Below the pieces are notes generated by a model. That model had not been told where the DNA came from, did not search any database, and saw nothing but the letters and a program-made list of their open reading frames with translations. From contig NC_058370.1 of assembly GCF_018350175.1 (NCBI RefSeq), positions 118,668,001 through 118,732,000 on the forward strand: a stretch of DNA of 64,000 bases, in the 5' to 3' direction. This document shows positions 23,600-38,744 of the stretch, piece by piece. Every line of letters starts with the position of its first letter. Position 1 is the first letter of the stretch. A program made the translations under genes and the position numbers. Source of the stretch: Felis catus (lineage: Eukaryota).

Positions 23600-26500
23600 A
23601 TGGACATCCAGATTGCTGCCAACTCATCATCACCTCAAAAATGCCATCATGATACCATTGCATGTGTCCTTGTGGATCTATGCAAGATTGACAAAACAAA
23701 ACAACATAGGTCTGGGACCAGAATGCTGGGTTAATCGACTAAGTGTTGCCAGAGTGCCATCATCCGGAACAGTTGCCGAGTCAGCACTGCAAAGGACCCT
23801 AGAGCCCCACGTGCTCACCACCACCTGATATTAACCAGATTCCCAGTTTTATGGTGGGAGAGCTATAAAGGGCTGCTTTAATTTGCCTTTATCTGATAAC
23901 TGACAAGTTCAAGCATCCTCTGTGTGGTGCTTGGTAGAGATTGCATTTTATTTTTCTCCATATAGGGAGCCGGTTTTATTTTCTCCTTATAGGGAGACTG
24001 TTATCCCAACATCATCTGCTGAACAGTCCATTCTCTCTTCCTGTTCAGTTGTAGCTCCCACTTTATTATATGATAAGTTCCCATATTCGTATAAAAGCCA
24101 ATTTCTGAGTTCTCTATTCTGTCCTGCTGATCTTTTTGTCTGTGTTTGAGCTAACAGCACACTGCTTTTATTGTTCTGACTTGATAGCATGTCTTACTAC
24201 TTGGAATGATAAAACTCTCCTCTTTACTCTTATTTTGGAAGGTTGATTTAGTTATTTCTGGACCCTTATTCTTCCATATAGATTTTAGAGAAAACTCATT
24301 GGGTTCCTATAAAATTCAACTGAAATTCTGATTGAGATTTTGTTGAGTAAATGAGTTAGCTGGGGTAATATTGCCATCTTTATACTTTTGAGTCAATCCT
24401 TCCAAAAACATGAAATGTCTCTCATTTTATTTTATTTTTTTAATGTTTCTTTTTCGAGACAGAGAGAGATGGAGCCTGAGTGGGGGAGGGGCAGAGAGAG
24501 AGGGAGACACAGAATCCGAAGCAGGCTCCAGGTTCTGAGCTGTCAGCACAGAGCCCGACACGGGGCTCGAACTCACAGACCGCGAGATCATGACCTGAGC
24601 CAAAGTCGGACACTCAACCAACTGAGCCACCCAGGCACCCCTCTCATTTTGTTTTAAACATCTATATCCTTTATTAATTGCATAGTTTACTCCATGAAGG
24701 TCTGTGTATTCTTGCTTCAGTGAAATAGCTCACAGTTTTGTTGAACTAATTAGTTCACAGTTTTTGTTGCTCTTGCAAATGCTTTTATTTTATTCTGTTT
24801 TCTAGTTGATGATGGCTGCTGTACAGAAATGCTCATTAATGTTTGTCTTGAATCCAGCAACCCTGCTGAGCTTTCTTATTAGTCTTAAAACTCTGTTGCT
24901 TCCATTGGCTTTTCTGAGTAGATACAAAATGACAGTTTTATTTCTTCCTCTCAATCTTTACACTTGTTTCTTTTTCTTTCCTTAGAGCATTGGCTTGTGC
25001 TTCCAACACTACATTAACAGGAAACAGTGGTAGCTGGCACTGTTTTCTTCCCCTAACCCTCCACTGAACGTATCTAGAATTTCTCCATTAAGCATACTAT
25101 TTGCTGTAGGCTTTTGATATATAACTTTTAGCAAGTGGAGGACATATCCTTCTATTCCTTGTTTGCTAAGAGGTTTTTGGTAGTTTTTTTTTTTATTATT
25201 ATTCTAACTAGGTGTATAACTTATCAGATGCTTTTCCGCCATCAGCTGAGATACAATCATGATTTTTCTCCCTCAGTCTATGAATATGTTAAATTATTTT
25301 GTTGTATTTTCTTTTTATTATATGTTTATTTACTTTTGACAGATAGAGTGCTAGTGGGGAGGGGCAGAGAGTGAGGGGTCAGAGAAGGCTCCATGCTGTC
25401 AGCACAAATCCCGACGTGGGGCTCAAACAAACCATGAGATCATGACCGTAGCCAAAGTCGTTGCTCAACCAACTGAGCCACCCAGGCACCCCAAATTATT
25501 TTGTTGTATTTTCTGATGACAAATCTTGCTTGAGTTCCTGTGGTAAGTCTCATCTGCTTGTGGTTACTTTTTAAAAAATATACTTTCTGCTTCGTATAGT
25601 TAATATGTTGCTTAGAATTTTTACAGCCATCTCATAAGTGAAATGAGATTCTAATTTTCTTTTAACTGTCATTATTTGGTTTTGGTATCAAGGTTACACT
25701 AACTTCATAAAATGAGCTGGGTAGCTCTCCCTTTTATTCTATTTTCTTTTTTTTTTAATTTAAAAGTAAAAGTATTTTTTAAGTTTGTTTATTTATTTTG
25801 AAAAAGAGCATGAGTGGGGAGGAGAGGCAGAGAGAGAGAGAGGGAGAGAGAATCTTAAGCAGGCTACATGCTCAGTACAGGGCCCAGTGCAAGGCTCAAA
25901 TTCACCACCATGAGATCATGATCTGAGCTGAAACTAACAGTCGGATGTTTAGCTGCTCTTATCCTATTGTCTGAAACAACTTTTTAAAAAAATTTTTTTT
26001 GTTTATTCATTTTTGAGAGACAGAGACAGAGCATGAGTGGGAAAGTGGCAGAGAGAGGGAGACACAGAATCCGAAGCAGGTTCCAGCCTCCGAGCTGTCA
26101 GCACAAAGCCCGACATGGGGCTCGAACTTATGAACTGTGAGATCATGACCTGAGCCAAAGTCGGACGCTCAACTGACTGAGCCACCCAGGCGCCCCTGAA
26201 ACAACTTTTTACATAATATAGAAATTAACTCTTTTTTGAAGTCTGGTAAAACTTACTTGTAAAACCACTAGGACTAGTTTTCTTTTGGTGAAGAGGGGAA
26301 GAAATTTTAACTTTCATTCAATTTCTTTGGCTTCTTATTGACTGAAGTGCCTGTTCCTTTTCAATACTTAGTATTTTATATTTCTTTGAATTTAGCCATT
26401 TCATTAAGGAATTCTAACACTTTAATGAACAAAATGCTCTTAGAAACGTATCTCCAAGGAAATGAGAAAAAAACAAAAGTTCTATCCAGAAGAGATTTTC

Positions 26501-28620
26501 TTTAAAAAATCTAAGCATTCCTCAGCCCTGAGAACAGTGTAGAACTCTGAGAATGGCCAGTTTGCCCAAGAACAACACTTGGCCCACAAAATGGGCATGA
26601 CCTTGGATCTCTGGTAAAACCCAAAGCTTCAGAGACTCTAACAGGCCAACAGTTCTGTGGCTGGACTGCAAGGCTAAGACTGATGTGAAACATCTCCAAG
26701 ATCTGCACAAAAGACCCACACCTTCTAAGAGGCATAAGAACCATTCCTAGGACATGAACCTTTTTGCTGTTGAAACTCAAGATCATAAGAAACTATCATG
26801 GCACTCCTAAAGAGCAAGGTCGTCTACGGGAAGTACAGCCCCTTTGCAGTCAGAGAGCGTTCTAATCTTGAGAGAACTCTCCAGAACCTCAGAACAGAAG
26901 AACATCATTTTGAAAGATAGAGCAAAAAGATGTTTTTTAGACCTAAGAGGGAGACAGAGAATCCCAAGTGCAAAACCCAATGAGGGCTCTCATGAACCAT
27001 GAGATCATGACCTAAACTGAGATCAAGAGTTGGATACTTAACAACTGAGCCACCCAGGCGCCCCCTTCTTTTCTTTTCTTTTCTTTTTTTAAAGTTTATT
27101 CATTTTCAGGAGAAAGAGTCTATGAGTAGGGGAGGGGCAGAGAAAGAAGGAGAGAGAGAGAATCCCACGCAGGCTCCACTGTCAGCGTGCAGCCCAACTT
27201 AGGGCTCAAACCAACGAACTGTGAGATAATGACCTGAGCCAAAACCAAGAGTCAGATGCTTAATGGACTGAGCCACCCAGGTGTCCCTTTTTATTTTTAA
27301 ATCTCCATTATGTGTCTAGATGCTTCCCCCACCCCTTTTCTTTGTCCTGTATTTCATTTGTACCCAACTCTCTTTTTGTTCTTAGTAAGTGTTACCGGAA
27401 GTGTGCCTCACTTATCCATCTTTTCAAGGACCAGCCTTTATTCTTTAAAAAGTATTTTATATATTAAAAAAAAAATGTTTATTTATTTATTTATAATTTT
27501 TTTTAACGTTTATTTATTTTTGAGACAGAGAGAGACAGAGCATGAATGGGGGAGGGTCAGAGAGAGGGAGACACAGAATCCAAAACAGACTCCAGACTCT
27601 GAGCTGTCAGCACAGAGCCCGACGCGGGGCTCGAACTCACGGACCGCGAGATCATGACCTGAGCCGAAGTAGGACGTCCAATTGACTGAGCCACCCAGGC
27701 GCCCCAAAAAATGTTTATTTATAAAAAATTGTGACATAACATAAAATGTACCGTTTGAAGAATTTTAAGTATACAGTTCAGTGGCGTTAAGTACATCACA
27801 CTGTTGTGCAAACATGACTGCCATCCACTCACACAACGTTTGTCATCTTGCAAAATTGAAATTCTATACTCATTAAACAATAACTCCCCATTCTCCCTAA
27901 TCCCAGCCCTTGCCAACTGCCATTGAACTTTCTGTGTCTATGAATTTGACTCTTCTAAGTACCTCAGATGAGTGGAATCATATGATATTTGTCCTTTTGT
28001 GACTGGCTTATTTCACTTTGTGCATCCACAAGGCTCANNNNNNNNNNNNNNNNNNNNNNNNNNNNNNNNNNNNNNNNNNNNNNNNNNNNNNNNNNNNNNN
28101 NNNNNNNNNNNNNNNNNNNNNNNNNNNNNNNNNNNNNNNNNNNNNNNNNNNNNNNNNNNNNNNNNNNNNNNNNNNNNNNNNNNNNNNNNNNNNNNNNNNN
28201 NNNNNNNNNNNNNNNNNNNNNNNNNNNNNNNNNNNNNNNNNNNNNNNNNNNNNNGTGGAATTGCTAGATCATGTGATAATTCTATTTTTAATTTTTTGAG
28301 GAACTACTGTACTGTTTTGCGTAGTACCTGTATCATTTTACATTCTCACCAGCAGTACACGAGTGTTCCGATCTCTCCACATATTCGCCAACACTTGTTA
28401 TTTTCTGTTCTGTAATTGCCACCCTGATGAGTGTGACTATATTATTTTTAAGTCTCTGTGTCATTAATTTTTAGCCTGATCATTTTTACTTTCTTCCCTC
28501 TCATTTCTTCACTTTTGCCCTCATGTTCATTTTTCCAACTTCTTGAGGAGAAAGCTTGGTCGGCTTATCTTAAAGTTTGTTGTGTTTTGCTAAATGATAA
28601 GAAGAACAATGGAACGAGAT
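23600..28620 (-). mobile_element. Old L1 (L1M-type) remnants peppered with at least 7 Can-SINEs
   Basis: T-rich L1 ORF2/3'UTR-like antisense text (ttccatatagattttagag...attgagattttgttgagt; ggaattgctagatcatgtgataattctatt). SINEs at about 24425-24640, 25310-25492, 25750-25955, 25990-26196, 26935-27065, 27070-27286 and 27480-27704. Confidence 0.75.
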
Positions 28621-29399
28621 GACAGTCATCATAAACACATTTTTGCACCCGATAACACACCTCAAAAATATATCAAGCACAATGGACAGAAATGTAGGAA
28701 CAGAGAAATTAATTATAGTTGACCTTAACACACCCCTTTCAGTAACTGATAGATTAAACAGAGATATATAAGCAGAGATACTGAATTATAGTTAATAAAC
28801 TCAAGATATTAGATAAATCCAAAAGTAAAGGACAAACAGTGAAGATCCCTGGAGAGAGTAAAAATGGGAAGAGTGCCAAGGAGAACTTTTAAATTTTACC
28901 TGGATACTTCTGTATTGTTTGGCTTTTGTAGACTGAAATTTATTTGTGTATCATTTTATACTTCAAAGAACAATAAGAGTCAAAAGGCAAAAAAGCAATA
29001 GTGGTTCAACAGGCTGGCTCACATTTTTCCAGCACAATAGTCCATGCCTTGAAGAAATCAAAATATGTAGGGAGGGGCACCTGGCTGGCCCAGTCAGAAG
29101 AGCCTGTGACTGCCTATCTCTGGGACATGAGTTCAAGCCCCATGTTGGGTGCGGAGATTACTTAACTAAATAAACGTAAAAAATACATAGGGATTATTAT
29201 CATTCCCAGGTTATAAGACTCATTTACAAAGTAGGAAATAAAAACAACGTGGGAAAATATGTGCGGTAAGTACTCAAGGAGTATATGTGGGTACCTACAA
29301 ACACTTAGGGATGAAGTATATTGCCTTGCTGAACTGCAAAAGCAACTCACAGTAGGTCAGAGCACAGGTGTGCAGGTTTCAATTCCCATCTAACAAGGC

Positions 29400-30500
29400 T
29401 CCTTAGTAGCCAGTTTGAAAGAATATGTCAGTCAACTTTGGAAGAGTAAGAAATGAAGGGTCATGGAGGCAAATCCGATCATGCTCACCCCAGCACTGTT
29501 CAAAAAAGATAGAACTTTGCCCAACATTATTTGAGTATTTCTATTGATGTGAATGAAACTAACCCCCTTAGCTGGATGCTAGTAGGCAATTAATTCATTA
29601 CTTTTCTCAGCTTCCCTTGTTCAGAGACCAAGCATCAAACATCTTTCTGGCTCCCAGGCAGGTCTGTCTATATGATTTGAGGATACTGATGATGTTGAAA
29701 GCAATAAGTCAGTCCCTGCAACATATGATTTCCAATGGTAAGTCAATGATGTGGATTCGGATCACATTTTGTCTTCCCAAATACCTAGACTATAGAGAGA
29801 GACTATAGAGTGAATTATTTCCCGTCTGTGTGAACTATTTTTTAAAAGTTGGTATTCTGGCGCTTACTTTAGGCTGTTGTGTTTTAGTGGGCAATGTCAA
29901 GAGCACATTTCTCATCCTGGAAAGTAAAAAGCCAGATATAATTGTTTTCCCTGATGACACAGCATATATGCCACTTCCAGATGGCCGTATGTTCTCCACA
30001 ATTTGTTTTGCTTGAATCAACTCTGGCCATTGTGATCATCAGTTTCCTTTCTCAGAGCTCACATACATTCTGTTTAATAATCCAGTTTAAAATTTTCCTC
30101 CGGGGCACCTGGGTGGCTCAGTCAGTTGAGCATCCTACTTCGGCTTAGGTCATGATCTTGCTGTTCGTGGGTTCTCGCTCCGGGTCAGGCTCAGTGTTGA
30201 CAGCTTGGAGCCTGCTTCAGACTCTGTGTCTCCCTCTCTTCTCTCTGCCCCTCCCCACCGCTTGTGCACACTCTCTCTCTCTCTCAAAAATAAGTAAACG
30301 TTAGAAATTATAAAATAAAATTTTCCTAGCAAGCAACTAGAAACTGATTTGAGCTCCTAGAATTTGTCTTCTTCCCCCTTTTGAATAAATTATTTACCTA
30401 TCTGCAGTTATCTGACACCTCTCTTATAATTATGATCTCTGCAAGAATACTCAAGGTAGTTCTGTAAACAGCCCCTTCCTACCGTATCATATGTACAACT
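29400..30500 (-). mobile_element. Ancient CR1/L3 LINE reverse-transcriptase remnant, split by a Can-SINE (30102-30320)
   Basis: Minus strand gives EVSDNCR*VNNLFKRGKKTNSRS, then across the SINE ARKILNWIIKQNVCEL*E and GQS*FKQNK. This parallels CR1 ORF2 [44 protein letters not shown]...SQHGFTKNK. Confidence 0.65.
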
Positions 30501-31248
30501 CAAACAGAAAAGAAAGGACAAGAAAAAAGTGCAAAGGTCAAATTCTCTTAAATAACTATCAATTTACTCATTCATCCGTCCATCCTCTTAAGAAACATTT
30601 GCAAATTTCTGGAAGGGTCATGCTATATAGCATTTGAAGGAAATAATACACAGTGTTCTTGCCCAGGGTTAGAAAACGGAGAGTGGGAAGAGTGCGTGGT
30701 AGATGATATCTACAACAGGAAATAACTAGCAAACTAAAACAAGTCCGTTACAATATCACATTTCCACCTTGGATGCCAAATGCTTGGAGAACTTCTGTTC
30801 ACTCAGTCCATAAAGGTTTACTAAGCACAAACCAAGTAATTAGGGTAATTAGCACAAACTAGGGGAGAGATTCATTAGCGTAAATTGAAATTACTACAGA
30901 CGTTTTTTGTTTGAACAGCAATCTCCAGATTGGGGTTCTCATACCCCGAGGGGAACATGAATATTCTCCAAGAAGACCCAAGTTCTAGTGTGACCAATTG
31001 TCCCGGTTTTTCCAGAACTGTCTTGGTTTTAGCACTAAAAGTCCCATGTTCCAGGAAGCCTCTCGATCCTTGAAGGCTGGATCTCAACTCATATATTTCC
31101 TCCTCCGTAAAACTGATGTGCCTGAGATCTTGCCTGGTTTTCCTTTCCCACCACCCATAAGTGCCCTTCTGTCACTTTATACAAGCCACGACTCTTACTC
31201 ATTCCTAAATTTATCATCACTTGCCCTGGACTAAAAAAAAAAACCTCC

Positions 31249-31480
31249 AGGGGCGCCTGGGTGGCTCAGTCGGTTGGGCAGCCGACTTCGGCCCAGGTCA
31301 TGATCTCGCGGTCCGTGAGTTCGAGCCCCGCGTCGGGCTCTGTGCTGACAGCTCAGAGCCTGGAGTCTGTTTCGGATTCTGTGTCTCCCTCTCTCTGACC
31401 CTCCCCCGTTCATGCTTTGTCTCTCTCTGTCTCAAAAATAAATAAACGTTAAAAAAAACAAAACAAAACAAAACAAAAAA
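31249..31480 (+). mobile_element. Young felid Can-SINE
   Basis: CpG-rich consensus; TSD approximately aaa(c)acctccaggg. Confidence 0.95.
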
Positions 31481-31595
31481 AACACCTCCAGGGCTCCTGA
31501 AAAAAAGACTATCAGAAATATTGATATGGGCAAAGCCTCCTTTAATACCGGTATCATAGCCTCTTGGAAGGGCATCTAATCTTTCAGTTGTAGAT

Positions 31596-32125
31596 TGTGA
31601 TGGTTAATTTTATGTGTTAACTTGATTGGGCCATGGGGTGCCCATATATTTAGTTAAACATTAATGTGGGTGTGTCCGTGAGGGTGTTTCTGGCTGAGAT
31701 TAATGTCTGAATCGGTAGACTGAGTGAAGCAGCTTCCCTCCCTGATGTGGGTGAGCCTCATCCGATCATGGAAGGCCTGAGTAGAACAAAAGAGGCAGAA
31801 TAAGGGAGAATTCACTCTCTCTGCCTGACTGTCTTCAAGCTGGGACATCAGTTTTCTCTTCCCTTTGGGCTCAGATTTGAACCGGAGCTTACACCATCTG
31901 CTCTCCTGGTTCTCAGGCCTTTGGACTTGGGGTAGCTATGCCATCGGCTCTCCTGATATCTAAATTGCAGACTGCAGACCTTCGGACTTCTCGGCCTCCA
32001 TAGATACATGAACCAATTTCTTATAATATCTATATATCTATCACCGTAAATATATATAATCTATATGTCAATAAAAATAGATACCTTAAATGAAACCATT
32101 TTCTAGAGAAACACCGCTAGGATAT
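31596..32125 (+). mobile_element. MLT2-type ERVL solo LTR
   Basis: Starts TGTGATGGTTAATTTTATGTGTTAACTTGATTGGGCC, the typical MLT2 terminus; ends near ttctagagaaacacc. Confidence 0.8.
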
Positions 32126-33054
32126 GTCTATATCTATCATCTATCTAGATGTAGATAGCATCAAAAAGAAAAACATGCTTAGATGTAAGTGACAGTTGCA
32201 CAACCTGTGGGTAAACTAGAAAACAGCGAATTGCACACTTTAAATGGGTGGGCTGTATGGTATATGAGTTATATCTCATTAAAGCTGCTAAGAAAATAGT
32301 TATTAAACTATAGAAGTGTATCCCAAATGGGGGAACCAATGTAGAGCACAAGCACTGCTCAGAAAGCAAAAGGAAATAGCAAATTGAAGGGAGAGCCTGG
32401 CCCACATAGGCTGTGTGGTTGGAGAGGACCCTGGACGTAGGAAGGGGTAGGAAATGTAAAGTATATGGGCAGAGAGCAGGGGGAGGATTGGGGCCTGAAA
32501 GGGAGACCGAGTGCCCCAAAGAATTTTGTCTGCCTCAGTTTTGTCAAGGACCAGCCTTTGACGATCTCTGAAAGAAGGCCCTAGAGCCTTGAGGAGGAGA
32601 GTGTATTATGTCAGCACCTGACCTTTGTGACATAGGCACTAGATGCCAGGGAGAACTTTCCCTAGGGAATGGGGTTCCTGGCTCCCAATGGCGTTGCCAC
32701 CCCTTAGACGAAGCCCGGTCTTCCACAGGCTTTCACCAGCTGGCCCCACTGGTATTGCTGTTTCTGGGTGTGCTCAGCCATCTCAGCCAGGACCAGGCTG
32801 AGCCAGAGGACATCAGCATTAGGGGTGACGAGGCGTCACAGAAACCAAAGTGGGCAGGAAACCAGGATGCTTGCAGAATCCTTGATTCAGGTTGAGGACA
32901 GCAAAAGCCTGTAACAGAAGACTTCCTCCTGGCTGAAGGGGCATTGAGGGCACGGCTCCAACAGAAATCTGAGTCAGAGTGAGTTTAGGGTGACAGATAC
33001 TGGGGACAGAGGGGGGTGTATCCACCGTTTGGTGACTGTTCCTCTTTCTCCCAG

Positions 33055-33107
33055 GTTCCCTCAGTTGCTGAAGTGCCTTGCGAAACAGCCTGGAGGAACC
33101 CTCATTG
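33055..33107 (+). other. PRR30: Probable PRR30 5' UTR exon
   Basis: Strong acceptor ttcctctttctcccag|, donor |gtaaga. A second strong acceptor ttctttctctacag| at 33361 opens the coding exon. Confidence 0.55.
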
Positions 33108-33535
33108 GTAAGAGCTCACATCACCAGAACACCCCCAATTTCTAGTCCCATCTCAGCAGCCATCCTTAAGCCCCCTCCTCCAACTCCATTCTACCTCCCA
33201 CCTCCCTTCTTCTCCTCCTCGGCTCTCACTTTCCGTGGAGCATTTTGCCAGCTCTTGTGACCCCAAAGGTGACATGGATTCAGGGTCTTAGTAAATCAGC
33301 CTTCGGAGCCAGAAATGGACCAATTCTCCCAATATCTTAGGTTCTCGTTCTTTCTCTACAGGTCCCATGGGCTGTGTTCTTCCTCCCTGGCCCACCCAGA
33401 TGATTACTGCTGCCCCTCAGCTCCCAAGAGGCAGCTCTGATTCTCTATCCCCATATATCCCTCGTCAATGGCTGACTGCAAAGTGAGAGGCCAAGTTTAG
33501 ATCCGAGTGCCTGCCTGAACACTCGGAGAGCCTAG

Positions 33536-34918
<1,383 letters not shown>

Positions 34919-35437
34919 TTCCAGAGACAAGGAGGCTCCCTGGAGTACCTCCTCTGAACCCCACTGCCCCCACCAGGCTCCAGAACTCAGGGAGCCCCCG
35001 AGACTCCCTGAAGGGCTGGCTGGCAGGAGGTCAGGTGTGTTCTCCAGCCTTGAACCCTGGGAGCCCCTTATGGAGTCTGCTCTCTCCTGGCTGAAGAGGA
35101 CGAAGGGCACCTGAGACCCCATTCAGCCTTCAGTGTATCCAATAAAGCCTGACCCTGCAGAACTTGTGTTTGTGTCCTGCACAGCAGACACAGTGGGTAG
35201 CTGAACCTACAGGGGGCCACAACTAAAGAAGGGGAGGGGGAGAGTCAAAGGAACCAGAGCGGCCAGGGAGAGTTGTTACCATATATCTGAGGACGGCATG
35301 GGATCCATAAGGCATGAGCACCTGAGATATTCAGAGGGCTCTGCAAGGCTCTTCACACGTTTAATTCAGTTTGGTGGCACAGATAATGGCATCCCCAAAG
35401 ATGGAGCTGTGGGCCCCTTCCTCGGAGTGCACATTAG

Positions 35438-38400
35438 TGTTGCAGGATTTTTTACCTCCATACCTGGGATTCATTGTCTCGCCACTTCAAAGAATGAAGA
35501 GGTGGACACAAAATGAGTAGCAAGTAAAAGTGTATTAGAATTTAAGATCAGAAAGAAGAACAGTATGAAAGCTCTCTTTACAGAGAGGGGCCATTCGAAA
35601 GTGAATGTCCGTGGAATATAGGCAAGGGTCTTTCTTTTATAAGGTTCTGGCCGCTGCCCCCCACCCCCCTCCACACACACCCATTCCCTCCCCCGTTGTT
35701 CCTTCTCAGGTTTTACCCTTATTGGCTTGATAGCTCTAGGTGCTGGGTTGTCCATTCCTGATTGGCTTGTTTCCACTGTATGAGGTGTGGTCTATGGCCG
35801 TACCATTCCTTGTGGGCCACACATTTTATGGTCTACTTATTTTTAATCAGGTCTTTTGTCAAATTCCTGAGGGAAACCTGAGGGGGAGTAGATGGTGTCT
35901 GTTACATCCCTTTTTTGAAAATTATTTTTTAATTTACATCAAAGTTAGTTAGCATATGGTGCAACAATGATTTCAGGAGTAGATTCCTTAACACCCCTTA
36001 GTCATTTAACCCATCTCCCCACCACAACCCCTCCAGCAACGCTCTGTTTGTTCTATATATTTAAGAGTCTCTTATGTTTTGTCCCCCTCCCTGTTTCTAT
36101 ATTATTGTTTGCTTCCCTTCCCTTATGTTCATCTGTTTTGTATCTTAAAGTCCTCATATGAGCAAAGTCATATTTGTCTGTCTCCAACTAATCTCGCTTA
36201 GTATAATACCCTCTAGTTCCATCCACATAGTTGTAAATGGCAAGATTTCATTCTTTTTGATTGCCGAGTAATACTCCAATGTATTACACCATACCACGTC
36301 TTCTTTAGCCATTCATCAGTCGGTGGACATTTGGGCTCTTTCCATACTTTGGTTATTGTTGATTGTGCTGCTATAAACATGGGGGTGCATGTGTCCCTTT
36401 GAAACAGCACACCTGTATCCCTTGGATAAATACTTAGTGGTGCAATTGCTGGGTCGTAGGGTAGTTCTATTCTGAATTTTTTGAGGAACCTCCATATTGC
36501 TTTCCAGAGTGGCTGCACCAATTTGCATTCCCACTAGCAGTGCAAAAGAGATCCTCTTTCTCCGCATCCTTGCCAACATCTGTTGTTGCCTNNNNNNNNN
36601 NNNNNNNNNNNNNNNNNNNNNNNNNNNNNNNNNNNNNNNNNNNNNNNNNNNNNNNNNNNNNNNNNNNNNNNNNNNNNNNNNNNNNNNNNNNNNNNNNNNN
36701 NNNNNNNNNNNNNNNNNNNNNNNNNNNNNNNNNNNNNNNNNNCCATTTCTTCACTGGACTATTTGTTTTTGGGTGTTGAGTTTGATAAGTTCTTTGTAGA
36801 TTTTGGATACTCTTTATCTGATATGTCGTTTGCAAATATCTTCTCCCATTCCTTCGATTGCCTTTTAGTTTTGCTGATTGTTTCCATCACTGTGCAGAAG
36901 TTTTTGACTTTGATGAGGTCCCAATAGTTAATTTTTGCTTTGGTTTCCCTTGCCTCCAGAGACGTGTTGAGTAAGAAGTTGCTGTGGCCAAGGTCAAAGA
37001 GGTTTTTGCCTGCTTTCTCCTCTAGGGTTTTGATGGCTTCCTGTCTTACCTTTAGGTCTTTCATCTGTTTTGAGTTTATTTTTGTGTGTGGTGTAAGAAA
37101 GTGGTCCGGGTTCATTTTTCTGCATGTCGCTGTCTGGTTTTTCTAGCACCATTTCCTGAAGTGACTGTCTTTATTCCATTGGATATTCTTTCCTGCTTTG
37201 TCAAAGATTTGTTGGCCATATGTTTGTGGGTCCATTTGTGGCTTCTCTATTCTGTTCCATTGATCTGAGTGTCTGTTCTTGTGCCAGTACCATACTGTCT
37301 TGATAATTACAGCTTTGTAATACAGCTTGAAGTCAGCGATTGTGATGCCTCCTGCTTTGGTTTTCTTTTTCAAGATTGTTTTGGCTATTTGGGGTCTTTT
37401 CTGGTTCCATACAAATTTTAGGATTGTTTGTTTTAGCTGTGNNNNNNNNNNNNNNNNNNNNNNNNNNNNNNNNNNNNNNNNNNNNNNNNNNNNNNNNNNN
37501 NNNNNNNNNNNNNNNNNNNNNNNNNNNNNNNNNNNNNNNNNNNNNNNNNNNNNNNNNNNNNNNNNNNNNNNNNNNNNNNNNNNNNNNNNNNNNNNNNNNN
37601 NNNNNNNNNNNNNNNNNNNNNNNNNNNNNNNNNNNNNNNNNNNNNNNNNNNNNNNNNNNNNNNNNNNNNNNNNNNNNNNNNNNNNNNNNNNNNNNNNNNN
37701 NNNNNCAATTGTAAATTGGGTCAATTCTTTGATTTCTCTATTGCTTCATTATTGGTGTATAGGAATACAACCGATTTCTGTGCATTGATTTTATATCCTG
37801 CAACTTTGCTGAATTCATGGATCAGTTCTAGCAGTTTTTTGGTGGAATCTTTTAGGTTTTCCATACAGGGTATTATGTCATCTGCAAAGAGTGAAAGTTN
37901 NNNNNNNNNNNNNNNNNNNNNNNNNNNNNNNNNNNNNNNNNNNNNNNNNNNNNNNNNNNNNNNNNNNNNNNNNNNNNNNNNNNNNNNNNNNNNNNNNNNN
38001 NNNNNNNNNNNNNNNNNNNNNNNNNNNNNNNNNAAACCTCTCAGTTTTTGTCCATTAAGGATGATATTAGTGGTGGGTCTTTCATACATGGCTTTTATGA
38101 TCTTGAGGTATGATCCTTCTATCCCTACTTTCTTGAGGGTTTTTATCAAGAAAGGATACTGTATTTTGTGAAATGCTTTCTCTGCATCTATTGAGAGGGT
38201 CATGTGGTTCTTGTCCTTTCTTTTATTGATGTGATGTATCACATTGATTGTTTTGTGGATATTGAATCAGCCCTGAATCCCAGGTATAAATCCCACTTGG
38301 TCATGATGAATAATTAAAAAAAAAATTTTTTTTAGTATTTATTCATTTTTGAGAGAGAGAGAGACAGATCATGAACGGGGGAGGGTCAGAGAGAGAGGGA

Positions 38401-38719
38401 GACACAGAATCGGAAGCAGGCTCCAGGCTCTGAGCCATCAGCCCAGAGCCTGACGCGGGGCTCAAACTCACGGACCGCGAGATCGTGACCTGAGCTGAAG
38501 TCGGACGCTCAACTGACTGAGTCACCCAGGTGCCCTGAATAATTTTTTAATGTATTGTTGGATTGTCTGTTACATTCTTGAGAGGAATCTTAGGCCCAAC
38601 GGGGTTTACTGTGGTCAGACCCTCCCAGCATTGATCCAAAATATATGTTTTTCCCCATCCAGGGACCTCAGGTCCTAATCTTTCTCTCTCTGCCTATTTT
38701 ATCCTATCTTTCCCTATCA
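35438..38719 (-). mobile_element. Solo LTR (35438-35907 plus 38564-38719) split by an L1 insertion
   Basis: TGTTG...CTATCA termini with near-identical 6-bp flanks CATTAG/TATTAG; LTR-like text resumes after the L1 TSD. Confidence 0.65.
35908..38563 (-). mobile_element. 5'-truncated carnivore L1 (ORF2 RT C-terminal part and 3' UTR), with a nested SINE at 38315-38535
   Basis: Minus ORFs: [52 protein letters not shown]...[30 protein letters not shown]...CTPMFIAA. TSD TGTCTGTTACAT at 35896-35907 and 38564-38575. Confidence 0.95.
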
Positions 38720-38744
38720 TATTAGGTTAACAAGGATTCATACT

